Of a stretch of 64,000 nt of DNA, positions 26,001 through 36,000 are shown one piece after another; the first letter of the stretch is position 1; each line of letters begins with the position of its first letter. This stretch comes from Mayamaea pseudoterrestris (lineage: Eukaryota). The notes under the pieces were generated by a model that was given only the letters and a program-made list of their open reading frames with translations, searched no databases and was not told the DNA's origin. The position numbers and the translations under genes are program-made. Where the stretch lies: assembly GCA_027923505.1 (NCBI GenBank), contig BROI01000001.1, positions 806,001-870,000 on the forward strand, in the 5' to 3' direction.

Positions 26001-26803
26001 TTGACTTGTCGACAAGCATACAACAGTCTCAGCGTCAGTTTGTTCTGCAAATAGGCGTGAGTCCTGCTTACTTTGATCAGCGCGTTCCTCCGGCGTTAAA
26101 GAATGGAACACCGGTTCGATTCTACTCACTCTTGTTTGAAGTTGGCGTGGATATTCGCCAGTGGGGCGCCAACGCCGTTGGCTCGAGTAGCAAAAATCAA
26201 GCTGACGGTGAAAAGGTAGCTCCGGTGGGTCTTATTGATGACGAAGACGATGATGTTGGAGTCATGGACGAGGACGAGCTGGTGCAATTGAACTATGAGG
26301 CATTGCAAAAGCTAAACGCCTACGCCTACTGGCTATCGCCTGCAAACTCGACTGTCAGTCAACAACGGACGCACCCGTTGGTAGAAACGCTCCACCAGCA
26401 TGTTGTGAACTCTGCTGGCAAGATCAACCACGATATTTTGGACGAGGCAGCCCAGCTGGCGCAGCAGCTGGGAGGCGGCGGCGTTGTCTTTTGCAAGTCG
26501 GGAAAGGATCGAACAGCCATGCATGTCACTTACAAGCAGGCCCAGTTTCTCAATCGCTTCCGCGAGCGACGACCAAGTCCAGATCCCAATGCGGTTGCCT
26601 TTGTCGATACAACACTGGAGGATGCCTCCTTGATTCGCATTTGCGGAACTCGTTTGCCAATTTGCGAAAAGAATGTTGGACAAGCCAAGTATGCTTTCAA
26701 CGCGTTACAAGTCAAGTTCATGCCGGATGCTCTCAAGCCGCCCATGAATACTCTAGCTGGGTTCTTGAAGGGTGGCAAGGTGTTTGGTGGCATTGAGAGT
26801 TAA
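23063..26803 (+). CDS. Inositol polyphosphate 4-phosphatase-like (INPP4 family)
   Basis: Long ORF with first ATG at 23063. C-terminal Cx5R motif FCKSGKDRTAMHVT, plus VFSQAL, GYLVSFEGLLSAAGKELGMIED, LFEVGVDIRQ, GTRLPICEKNVGQAKYAFN, all characteristic of INPP4A/B. Confidence 0.88.
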   Translation: MSVSNTYTNSLAQQSYQPNRWLLFVSTNASCRGGVEAILQSKGRTSSQQQQLPPISNLSISETQIAANDAAATFNNGSSSSSNPFSFLSEPESAPSACAAISSKKPSFKSSSSGKLNVGRLLQSVATQTSASFERGLHSLAKTATKSYSGGVGVFDMLYISSSGTEASTERRANVEGNNAAAVTTRFTLPVIVSGREPQVTLSLFIRSGVLGASSSKPILLATCVVTIPKAAGAPSLPCFQTLLWQPASHVAANLLPPSSVLHVCLMPDNKFPTLCGPGWSLADPTPQAVAMAGSLYNVPLDQSYAYSLPQSSMTAAVPTSPQTLETFLVATERAIESSVVLPIASAFAKLAAQASTNSLKAAQLATERMKYDVVDANVTTDYVHVECHVQYLQLHNHHNATSMNMQQHQQKPPLVSCSWQRPDSIFEVELLAPCTVSTVATNVRTAAGVKFFPRPVHDVNSILPSLRPLLQKYQLGFLLGSLKLSVQVPSDLSQSQQVAPANGAAASGNPFEAIAATGTPLTNVATEPWSLWEGMVPLEPLVQQATGNNQALSIPLYGRDGSPTGCALVVHMSVMRQRGNGIGAANAAATGLQHGLVSLTGLPPLVPLMLDDDGIAIAPDPLQQPQTQQQRLMQLSTMGKFLTSSYMTTHVRAVRTADVQLLQQRCQLFTSAVTEAAAAVATISVASNNQQHINVPSHQDRRPRPFRPSSSRVDLSLAGIPFNVHTVSWSLQVMDSDSNNQLQQPPQGESFFNTTCGAPADHARGFGNIIPAVATTKSVRQMANELDGGDFIVSPVGPVTGGLRRLETKRREIAEIVNKLQSDLITSVAAYFVAARQNKSQQQPPVTHIPPRCNMQQLHDLRRKLIDSVQALHHVTWICAVRRAAVFSQALGIATTSYLASLSEPSQCHSSWPEFWVKHGYLVSFEGLLSAAGKELGMIEDASVAIDMLRMVQVVLVRDDRGSNTSRVPIPGSPYLSWLDLSTSIQQSQRQFVLQIGVSPAYFDQRVPPALKNGTPVRFYSLLFEVGVDIRQWGANAVGSSSKNQADGEKVAPVGLIDDEDDDVGVMDEDELVQLNYEALQKLNAYAYWLSPANSTVSQQRTHPLVETLHQHVVNSAGKINHDILDEAAQLAQQLGGGGVVFCKSGKDRTAMHVTYKQAQFLNRFRERRPSPDPNAVAFVDTTLEDASLIRICGTRLPICEKNVGQAKYAFNALQVKFMPDALKPPMNTLAGFLKGGKVFGGIES

Positions 26804-26981
26804 AAATATATACAAGACCGATTAGTACTAGAGTACCTTTCATGCAAAAGTACGTCTACAAGTATGAGAAGTGAAGGCTTTCAACAGAAGCAGAATCATG
26901 ACATTTACAGTTGTCATGCGAACGAAAGGGCATCTTAAAAGCGTTATATGTACGTGTAATACAACTTATGCGTCCATACAA

Positions 26982-27470
26982 TCATTTTGACATTTTTGCA
27001 GAAACATCATTGTCCAAGCTCTTGTGCTCGATTGCCAAATTAGTAAATACTTCTTCCAACGTCTTGTTGACCAAATTGCTAGGAGGCCTGGCTGCCCGAA
27101 TCTCCCCTGGTCGATCGACATATTCAATGACAGCCATATCAGCCTTATCTCCTCGTCGAGGCATGGCGAGCTTCATAATGCGCGTGTATCCGCCCGTACG
27201 ATGCTCGTACCTTGGACCAAGCACTTCCATCAACTTTGTCTGCGCCGTCGGCGTTCGGACAATTTGGTTCGCTTGACGCCTCGCATGCAGTTTATCAGGT
27301 CCTTTGGCTGTCGTAATCAACTTCTCAGCGAGTGACTGAACCTCCTTGGCCTTGGGGAGGGTTGTGACGACTCGCTCATGCTCAATCAAGGATGTCGCGA
27401 GATTGCGAAGCATGGCCCATTTGTGCGTCGGTGTCCGACCAAGCTTGCGAAATGCAATTCTCTTCTTCAT
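26982..27470 (-). CDS. MRPL17: Ribosomal protein bL17, probably mitochondrial
   Basis: FRKLGRTPTHKWAMLRNLATSLIEHERVVTTLPKAKE...RYEHRTGGYTRIMKL...GDKADMAVIEYVD is the L17 signature. There is no plastid bipartite leader. Confidence 0.93.
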   Translation of the reverse strand: MKKRIAFRKLGRTPTHKWAMLRNLATSLIEHERVVTTLPKAKEVQSLAEKLITTAKGPDKLHARRQANQIVRTPTAQTKLMEVLGPRYEHRTGGYTRIMKLAMPRRGDKADMAVIEYVDRPGEIRAARPPSNLVNKTLEEVFTNLAIEHKSLDNDVSAKMSK

Positions 27471-27989
27471 TGCGATCTAGTACAATTTACTATATAGTAA
27501 GCAGGAGCTGGAGATGGGTGACAGAGGAGTTAGACAAGCTATACAACAAGCTGCCAAGGCTCGACTCTTTGGTGAAACGAGCGGTGGTCACATTCGATTA
27601 AAGGTCTTACCGGTATTCCGCGGTCTGACTCGTCCGATTAATTGCGATCATGAAAATGACTCATGGATTGGGTCAATCGATGACTCTCGGGAAGCTTTTC
27701 AGTCGTTTAAATGCTTCGTCGGTCTAACTGTAAATAAAAGACAAATCGATGAGGAACTTGACTCTTCGTCGTGATCCCCTCATTGACTGCGTTGAAAGTT
27801 CACAGAGTATATCTCGTTGTTCTTTTAAAAGGTAGAAGACGTAACATGGCGAAATGGAGCGAAAATTACAATCTGCCTGCGATGGAAGAATGAAAAAGGC
27901 AACGTCGGAGACTCGAGCTTGTTGAAGATTTCTTCAACCTTCAACCAGAGTGCGTCGAAAACGATCAGCCTTTACAGCAGCCACCGATC

Positions 27990-28965
27990 ATGCAGCCCAT
28001 TCCAGAAAATACTGACCGGGACTTGGAGGACGATGAACTGGAAGCACTTCATTCGTCTGCTCGCGCCGTTTCAAGCAACAATTGCAACCACGGCACGACT
28101 CTTGACGATCAATTGCGAGCATTAATGAAGCAACATGGAATACAGTCTGTCGAAACTTCCTTTCACAACGTCAAGCAAGAAATGGCGAAATAAAGAAGAC
28201 GACTCGCTCGACTTCAGCAACGACATTCCGCCAACGACATTCGCTCAGATCCAGTTCACTGCCGCTGCAATACGAGCGCGTCCACCAACGCCATTAACGT
28301 TCACTACCTCGTCGACCCCTTTGTGACATTTGTGGATTTACAGACTCTATTTTCGCATAAGGAAGCCATTGACATTGTCAACATTTTGAACGAGACTCTT
28401 TACTCGGTTTGACTCCATCATGGACGAGTACAGTCTCAAGAAGGTCAGACGATTGGAGACTGCTACATGGTGACTGATATAACACATCGATCGAATGATG
28501 AGCGCTCGTGCGGTGCAGTGCGTCAGTTTGCCTTGGACTTGAACGCGGCCATGGACGAGTACGATGAAGAGCAACCCGACGAGCCATTACATCTTCGAAT
28601 AGGCATCAATCGCGGTCCGGTGGTTGCCGGTATCGTCGGCAAAACAAGATTTCTATATGATCTTTGGGGTGATGCTGTAAATGTTGCTACCGGTAGTCGC
28701 ATGGAGTCGAGCGGGTTAAAGGGACGCGTTCAAGTTAGCCAAGCGGTTTTATACCAAACGTGCCACGAATTTGATTATGAATCGAGAGGAAAATTTGCAA
28801 AAAAGGGCTTGGCATGATGGAAACATATCTCTTAAAGGGTGCAAAGGCCGCAAATCTGCTCGATCACAAAAATTTGTTCATTCAAAACTCATTGTCAATA
28901 ATCACAGTAGAAACATTATAAAGCGCTTGGCAAAAGTCGGCGAGAGCGAGAGCTGGAAAATGTAA
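27990..28965 (+). pseudogene. Class III adenylate/guanylate cyclase pseudogene
   Basis: Catalytic motifs are spread over different frames: LCDICGFT (~28319), KEAIDIVNILNE, LFTRFDSIMDEYSLKKV, TIGDCYMVT, LRIGINRGPVVAGIVGKTRFLYDLWGDAVNVA(TG)SRMESSG, then GMMETYLLKG after another shift. At least 4 frameshifts, plus a stop at 28191-28193 in the upstream coding-like stretch. Confidence 0.88.
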
Positions 28966-29249
28966 TGTCGATCAACCGCTCCTAGCCCACTGATGAACTA
29001 AAACCAAGCTCAGCGACGTTCACAAACAGTTCGACTGCGTTCGGGACGGATTTAGCCTCGCGCAAGTTGCCGCCACGAAGTCGAAGCTCTTATGCGTAGT
29101 CTTGCAAGCCTTAAAATGGTGAATAGAACACGCTTCACAAAAATATTCTTTGTCGTTACAAACGTTTATAACACATTGCTATAGTAAGCCTTATCTTGTG
29201 ACCCTCTCCGAAATTTCAAGAGGAGCGAGCATTAGACTCATTCATACTA

Positions 29250-31073
29250 TCAGTCTTCCAAAAACTCCGTCATGTTGGAAGCGCTCAAGTACATAGTCTT
29301 GAATATTTTGAAAAATTCTTGCTTGGTAACCCAAAATATGCCATCGTCCGCGACAACTGGATTAATCGCCTTTTTGATTTGAGGATAGCGCTTCCAGCCT
29401 GGACCATCGTCGTCAAACATCCCATCCTCAATCTCTCCCTTTCCCCAAGGATTGCGAACTTTGATGAGATCAATGCCAGATCCAGCCACGTTCTTTCGAC
29501 ATTCAATAACCGAGTACGCATGATTGTCAACCATGCCACCTGTGCTGTGCTTGTCGGAAGTCCCTTCCGTGCTCGCGCCCATGATATAATTGACCTTGTC
29601 CCACGCACACAGTTGCGCAAACATTTCATCCTGATTCAAATCCTTGTCTGCGTCGCCACCTCCACCAACACTTGGCCATGCCACCCGCCACATGCTTCCG
29701 TCGCAGTCATGCGGCGAGTTGGCATCGGCCGACCACGTTTTCGTATTTGGGTTGAACTTTGCATGGCATCCGTACTTGCCATTGGCATTGCGCTGAATCA
29801 TGTACTGCTCTCGACAACCGGTCATCATTGCCCACGCATGCGTGCACTGACCACCCGTAATCTTGTCCCAGCCGCCGCAGTGCGCGGCCAGTGCCTTTTC
29901 CAAGTAGCAGACCCATAGCTCGCCATCATCCGATGGTTGCGAGGCTAGTAAGCGACCGCTTCCGTCTGCCATGACGCACAGGCGCTCATCGACTTGTACA
30001 TTTACTTCCTTCCACGTTTTCAAATCCCATAGTGTAACGGTATACATGTTTGGTCCATCCAGTGGTCGCTGACTGAGTTGTGGCGTTTTGCGAAACAGCT
30101 TTTTAATGGCGCCATCAAACTCGGCTAGACTGCTAATTCCGGAAAGCATCCAGCAATTGCCAACGCTACCTTGCTTGATATCGGACGGATCAATGTCGCC
30201 AAACAGTTTCAAGTGCGGCGTGTCGCCGACTCCCATGCCGCGACCCGGCATGATTGGTAAATTCTGTTTCGAATGCAACTTGGTACGAACATGTGACATG
30301 TGATCCGTGTACTTGTCGCGAAACTTGGCTGGAAGTTCATTGTTGCCAAAGGGAGGAAGGCGCTGATACTTGTGCAGCAAGACTGTCATCCATCCACTGG
30401 AACTGACGCCCTGAGGAACGTATCCGTCGGTGCCGTCGCGATGAATGAGCGTGTATTGCTGCTGGTTGACTGGCCATTCTAGGCAACTCGTTTGGTAAGT
30501 GAGTGCAACATATTTTTCTGGTTGACTCTTAAAGGTTTGAATTCCTCTTTGTATGGATTCGCCCTTGACAAGCTGCTGCTGTCCAATGGATGAGTATTGT
30601 GCCGATCCAGCAAATTTTTGTTCGACAAGTTTCCATCGCGAAGAATCAGCCTTGCTGAACTGATTATTGTTGCTGCTGGAGGCAGAGTGTTTGCTGGGAG
30701 ACGGCTTGACATTTGCCTTGCTACTGCTGTTTCTTATGTTATTATTTGATTTGTTAGCCATTGGTTTGCTGCTCGATTTGTTGCTGTTGGACAGCTTTTG
30801 CTTCGAAGCAACTGTTTTAGGAGATTGTCGCTGCTGATGCTTTTTCATTTGACTGAGTGGAGGCGGCTTCGGCCGCTTATTGTTAGTCCTGCCATCTCTT
30901 CCTACATACTGCTTGGATGGAGAGACAGGAGAAGATGTCACTTGCGTCCTCGTGATGATTCTGGTTGTCTTGCCGCCGTTCTTGTTGGTCGCTGATGGTT
31001 TTCCGTTTCGAAAGTTCTGCGGCAGCCTATTCGAAGGTCGTGTCTGCGGCTCAGCACTCCGACAGTTTCCCAT
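29250..31073 (-). CDS. Calpain-family (CysPc) cysteine protease with MGNC N-terminus
   Basis: Catalytic triad motifs DIKQGSVGNCW, NHAYSV and VRNPWG; also ELWVCYLEKALA. Likely start MGNCRS at 31073, followed by a basic low-complexity linker. Confidence 0.92.
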   Translation of the reverse strand: MGNCRSAEPQTRPSNRLPQNFRNGKPSATNKNGGKTTRIITRTQVTSSPVSPSKQYVGRDGRTNNKRPKPPPLSQMKKHQQRQSPKTVASKQKLSNSNKSSSKPMANKSNNNIRNSSSKANVKPSPSKHSASSSNNNQFSKADSSRWKLVEQKFAGSAQYSSIGQQQLVKGESIQRGIQTFKSQPEKYVALTYQTSCLEWPVNQQQYTLIHRDGTDGYVPQGVSSSGWMTVLLHKYQRLPPFGNNELPAKFRDKYTDHMSHVRTKLHSKQNLPIMPGRGMGVGDTPHLKLFGDIDPSDIKQGSVGNCWMLSGISSLAEFDGAIKKLFRKTPQLSQRPLDGPNMYTVTLWDLKTWKEVNVQVDERLCVMADGSGRLLASQPSDDGELWVCYLEKALAAHCGGWDKITGGQCTHAWAMMTGCREQYMIQRNANGKYGCHAKFNPNTKTWSADANSPHDCDGSMWRVAWPSVGGGGDADKDLNQDEMFAQLCAWDKVNYIMGASTEGTSDKHSTGGMVDNHAYSVIECRKNVAGSGIDLIKVRNPWGKGEIEDGMFDDDGPGWKRYPQIKKAINPVVADDGIFWVTKQEFFKIFKTMYLSASNMTEFLED

Positions 31074-31364
31074 TGCATCAAAATAGCGCTGAATTGCGTC
31101 TCCTAGCACACTAGTTGCTTCGAGTGTATTGCTGGTGCAGATTATCCGATGCAGAATACACAAGGGTCATTCATGGTCAACACGAAGCAAGACCGAAATG
31201 CGCACGATTCGGGCTGACGAACAAGTGACATAAACGTAACCGAAACGTCCTTCTGTCTTTTCATTGCTGCTGAACTGACACGATCTTGTCGTTCCACCAT
31301 GAAGATGGTCAAAAATGCCCTGTTACTTGGATCCTCGCACTTTCTCGCAACTATTACTACCCCC

Positions 31365-32726
31365 ATGTCCGAAACAACCAAGGACAATAGAATCAATAAG
31401 AACAAAGAAGCTCTTGACAGCAGCAGCAGCAACTACTCAATTGCTATCATTCGAACGCTTCGATCTGCCGGCGTCAAGTTTCTTCGGTACTCGGCCACGG
31501 ATCTTTGCGGCAATGCTCGCTGCAAAGTAGTTCCTCTTGTCTATTTACACAAGAACCACATTTCCGTATCAAATGGGGTTTCCTTTGCATCGGCTTGCTT
31601 TGGAGGCTTACCTTCCTATGCGGATTGCATCATACCAGAAACTGGCTTGACGGCAGCTAGTGGCAGCGTCAGGCTGGAACCGGCCATGGAAACGTTACGG
31701 ATCCTTCCCTATGCGCGTCAATCGGCTCTGGTCATTTGTAACCTTGTCGATACTGCAACCGGACAACGCAGTGAGTATTGTTCTCGAAGCGTCTTGCAAA
31801 AATTGTTGCAAATATGCAAGGAGATACACAATATTGGATTTAACATTGGAGCTGAGCTTGAATTTACCTTGTACAATCTTGCCGGCGAACCAGTCGATGG
31901 ATGTCACTACGGCGCGAGCACTACATTGAATCAACAGCAATCATTCATTTCTGATGTTTACGAACAGCTAGCCGTGCAGCAGGACGTTGACATTGAGCTG
32001 CTCCATTCCGAGTCGGCGCCAGGCCAATTGGAGCTTGTATTGAGGCACCAGGACGATGCGGTTCGTCTCGCGGATTACGCATTTCTGGCCAAGGAAACGA
32101 TTATAGCGGTAGCGCATCAGCATCAGTTAAAAGCAATCTTTTTGCCAAAGACGGACGCGAATCAAGCTGGAAATGGATTGCACTTGCATATTTCCATGTA
32201 TAGCACGGAACCTGGTAGATTTATATCACAGGATACTAGAAGCTCCTTTTTGAAAGGCATTTTGCAGCAGTTGGACTCCTTGCTAGCCTTGACATTGCCG
32301 TCGATGAATTCTTTTGCTCGCGTCGGCCCCGGTTGCTGGACTGGTCACGACGCCTCTTGGGGCATGGATGACAAGGAGGCAGCGATTCGTGTCTTGTCAC
32401 ATGACTTTGAGCACTTTGAGTACAAGCTTTGTGACGCCAAGGCCAATCTCTACCTTGCATTGGCGGGAATACTCTGGGCTGGTATGGTTGGAATTAATTA
32501 TCGCTTGAAACTTCGGCCATCCCGCCAAGATACAAATCTTGAAGCGGTGGCGCAGCTTCCCACGAGTCTTTTGCAGAGCCTGAACTTTTTGAAAGATTAT
32601 GACTTGCTTTCACATGAAATGTCGCCGGCGTTGCTCAAAGCGTACATTGCCTTGAAGCGGGCCGAAGCAAAGCACGACGAAAAGTTGACGATGAGCGACC
32701 AATTGAATCTGGCTCTTACTGAATAA
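31365..32726 (+). CDS. Glutamine synthetase-like protein (GSI-type, FluG/NodGS-like or gamma-glutamyl-amine ligase-like)
   Basis: DLCGNARCK, GAELEF, HSESAPGQLE, FLPK, AGNGLHLHIS, WGMDDKEAAIRV, HFEYKLCDAKANLYL. Start is either 31299 or 31365. Confidence 0.88.
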   Translation: MSETTKDNRINKNKEALDSSSSNYSIAIIRTLRSAGVKFLRYSATDLCGNARCKVVPLVYLHKNHISVSNGVSFASACFGGLPSYADCIIPETGLTAASGSVRLEPAMETLRILPYARQSALVICNLVDTATGQRSEYCSRSVLQKLLQICKEIHNIGFNIGAELEFTLYNLAGEPVDGCHYGASTTLNQQQSFISDVYEQLAVQQDVDIELLHSESAPGQLELVLRHQDDAVRLADYAFLAKETIIAVAHQHQLKAIFLPKTDANQAGNGLHLHISMYSTEPGRFISQDTRSSFLKGILQQLDSLLALTLPSMNSFARVGPGCWTGHDASWGMDDKEAAIRVLSHDFEHFEYKLCDAKANLYLALAGILWAGMVGINYRLKLRPSRQDTNLEAVAQLPTSLLQSLNFLKDYDLLSHEMSPALLKAYIALKRAEAKHDEKLTMSDQLNLALTE

Positions 32727-33053
32727 AAGGCTGGGTAATGACTATTACAAAGGATTCTGGTGATACATACTTGTAGCAACATCCTGGCTGGAGTACAGTA
32801 TAACGACCTGCGACAAGGGAGATTATCTCCCTTGACCTGCGACTGGGCCAACTTTCACATCACACGACTTGAGATGTCGTATGCGACTCGTAGCGCGTTT
32901 GAAAAAGCATTTGCACCACAAAACGCGGGCCAGTGATTCGACCATGGAATTGGATTGCCGGTGCTCAGTAGCTTTCTTCTATTGCGAAAAGACAAAATCA
33001 AAAATTCAGCAAAGTCATCCTAATTGTTAAGCGTATAAAGAATCGTAATCGCC

Positions 33054-36000
33054 ATGTCGCGCTGGGGACCTTCCAAGTCTGACCGTGATGCTGCTGCATC
33101 TACGCACGAAGGTGCGGTTGATGCCACGGCTACGGATGCAGCATCCTTGGATCCAGCATCGCTTGCTTCCAGTGAGACTGCTGAAACAGATAATTTTGCT
33201 GCTGCTAATGAAACTAAGGATAACGTCGACGAGTCTGGTGATGCGAATGGCGATGACCTTGTCGATACGGATGATGAAGGAACCGATGCGAAACATCACG
33301 ACGACGACAATGACTCTTCCAAACTATCAAAGGACGAGTACGACGACTTTGAAACCATTGTCAAGGTCGAATGGGGTCCCCGCCGCGGCGAGGACGGCTA
33401 CGATACCGATCAGGAGCTTGCGCCGCGTCCCCGTCAAACGCCCGAGGAAACGTGTCAGTGCGCTCGCGCGCCCGGCGCCTGCAGCGACTATGGTTGTCTA
33501 CTGTTTGCCTGTCATGAGGAATGTCGAGCCAAGTGTCCGGCGGGAGAGTACTGTGGCAATAAGCGACTGCAGCAGCCGTGGCTGTTTCCGAAACTAAAGG
33601 TTGTAGACTGTGGGCCAAAGGGTAAAGGATTGGTGACGCGCGACGCTATTAGCAAAGGACAAGTTTGCGCTGAATATGTTGGACGAGCCGTCAAGGCGAA
33701 TAAACTAAAGCAACTATTTCGGCGATATCAACTTGATCGACGCTTATATATCATGGCGCTCGATGAAGGCGTTTACTTGGATGCTCGGCAGCGAGGAAGT
33801 ATAGCGCGTTATGTCAATCATTCGTGCAACCCGAACTGCAAGGTTGAACGATGGAAGGTCCGAGGCGTTGTGAGAGCCGCTGTCGTTGCTTTGAGGGAAA
33901 TCAAACCAAATGAGGAACTTTCCTTTGACTACAAGTGGGAGCGGAAGCGGGGACGAGCGCCAACAAAATGTCACTGCGGTGAATCGAACTGTCGAGGCAC
34001 GTTGGAACTGGCAAAGTCACTCGATGAGGCAAACTTGGAGCAGCAGCTACAGGATCAATGGCTTCGGACATCGCTCACGGATGCGTCCATTGTCAATAGC
34101 ACCGTTCGTGTCTTTTCCAAGGAGCATGATGAATATTTTTTGGGAGAAGTAACCGGATATGATTCCGATATACAGCAGCATTCCATTCTCTACCGACACG
34201 ACATGAATGAAGCATGGGAAGATTTGCGCAAGGAGGACTGGATGATCCTTGACGCCAATGTCGACAGGAGCGATTTTTTGATTGCTAAAAAGTCGAACCG
34301 CAAGCGAAGGCAGTCTCCCACGGAAGGTCTCATTGCGGCGCCACCGTCCAGTGAGGAAGTCCTTTCATTCAAGAACTATTTATATATACAATCTCCAGTG
34401 CATCAAATCCTGCAAGCAAAGCATTATTTCGAGCAGTGCGAGCGAAATCACGTAGTTCATATTCATATTCAACAGCTTTGCAAGCCGCCATTGCCGCCTA
34501 ATATGAAGGATCCGGACGACGTGGCAAAGTATAAGGCATTGGAGTCATCGGCAGATGGAACAGTTTGGAAATTGTCCATTTCTGGATCGGGAGTCGGTGA
34601 AGCCTTTGTGGCTTTGGAGAAGCAAGTGCTCTATTTGGACAAGAAGTTTGAGCAGGATTATGCGGCCGGGGGTAGTCTTGCTGCATCCTTGACGAATCCC
34701 GCAATATCCGCAGCCACTGCGGCGGCAACACTTGCTTCGGAGCAGCAAAGTCGACATCAAATAATTTTTCCGCGAGAGATCAGCGATCACCTGAAGCGAG
34801 ACCTTCCGGCACTGCGCGCCCGGTGTCGAACGGTCAATTTAAACATCTTTCCGTCGGCTTCTGTCTCAAAGCAGTTTGGCCGTTTGGTTCTCGATGGGGC
34901 GCTTGAGTCTGACATTGCTTCAGCCAAGGAAACCATTTGGAATGCACTGCTGGTGCTATGTGTCGAAGCACAAGCGCCATTAGCTCCAAACAAAATGCCA
35001 AAGAATCTTGGATGCTACGCGGGTGAGCTAACAGCTGCGCAGTTTCGATTGCTGAGCAGTGGCAATGAAAGAGACAAGAGCGAATTGGCGGAAAAGAACC
35101 GTCTACGGATGGATGCATGCGAGAATTTACGGAAACTTTGTCCTTTTTTTGTATCGTTCGAAAATACGCAGCAATGTACAGTTTGGGTTCAAGCAGATTA
35201 CGATAAGGGTCGCATTAATTCGAACAATCAAATTGTAAGCACTAGCAATTCGAATAGTCCGAAGCACTTCTTCATTGGCTATTCGCCGAAAGAGATACCA
35301 CGTTTATGGACATTAATACAGACGCGTGTATCAGAGCTCTCGCGAGGTGTCAAATATTTACACCTAGGGATGGATCGGGTGTATCAAAAGCTTATGATGA
35401 TGAATGGCAACAAGTTTTTTGACTTTGTCATGCGTGTTGCGTCTGTCAAGTTGGATATTGATCCAATGACAGGAGATCATATACGGATAGACGGTAGATT
35501 GTCGCCTCATGCAACTGTTCCGCCCGAGCTTTCGTCGAAGACGGAACCAGAACGTGCTTTGCTCGCCGAAGAAGTGATTATGCTGCAGATTGAAATGTAC
35601 CGCGACCATTGTATCCGCGAGCAGAGCTGGATATTTGGTCGAGATTGGTCACTAGTTGCTAGTGCTGTGCCTGTCGTTGTTGAGACTAATGCGTCTGGAT
35701 CGGCTTCACTTGGACAGCTGGACTTAAAATCAGCGGCGCAGGGTGCCACGGACATTGCAGACACCATTGCGATGTTGGGGCTAGATCCGAGCGTGGCTGC
35801 GCATGCAGCCATTATCTTGTACCGTTTTGTTGTTGCCAATACCGAAACATCGATCAAAATACGAGACGCTGTGCTTGCATGTATCTATCTGGCTAACAAA
35901 GCCCAAAAACTGCACAATTGGAAGCGCCTTGATCAGGTTGTCAAGGTGGGTTTTGAAGCCATGTACAAATCAAAATTTGATGAGAATCAAGACATTGAGA

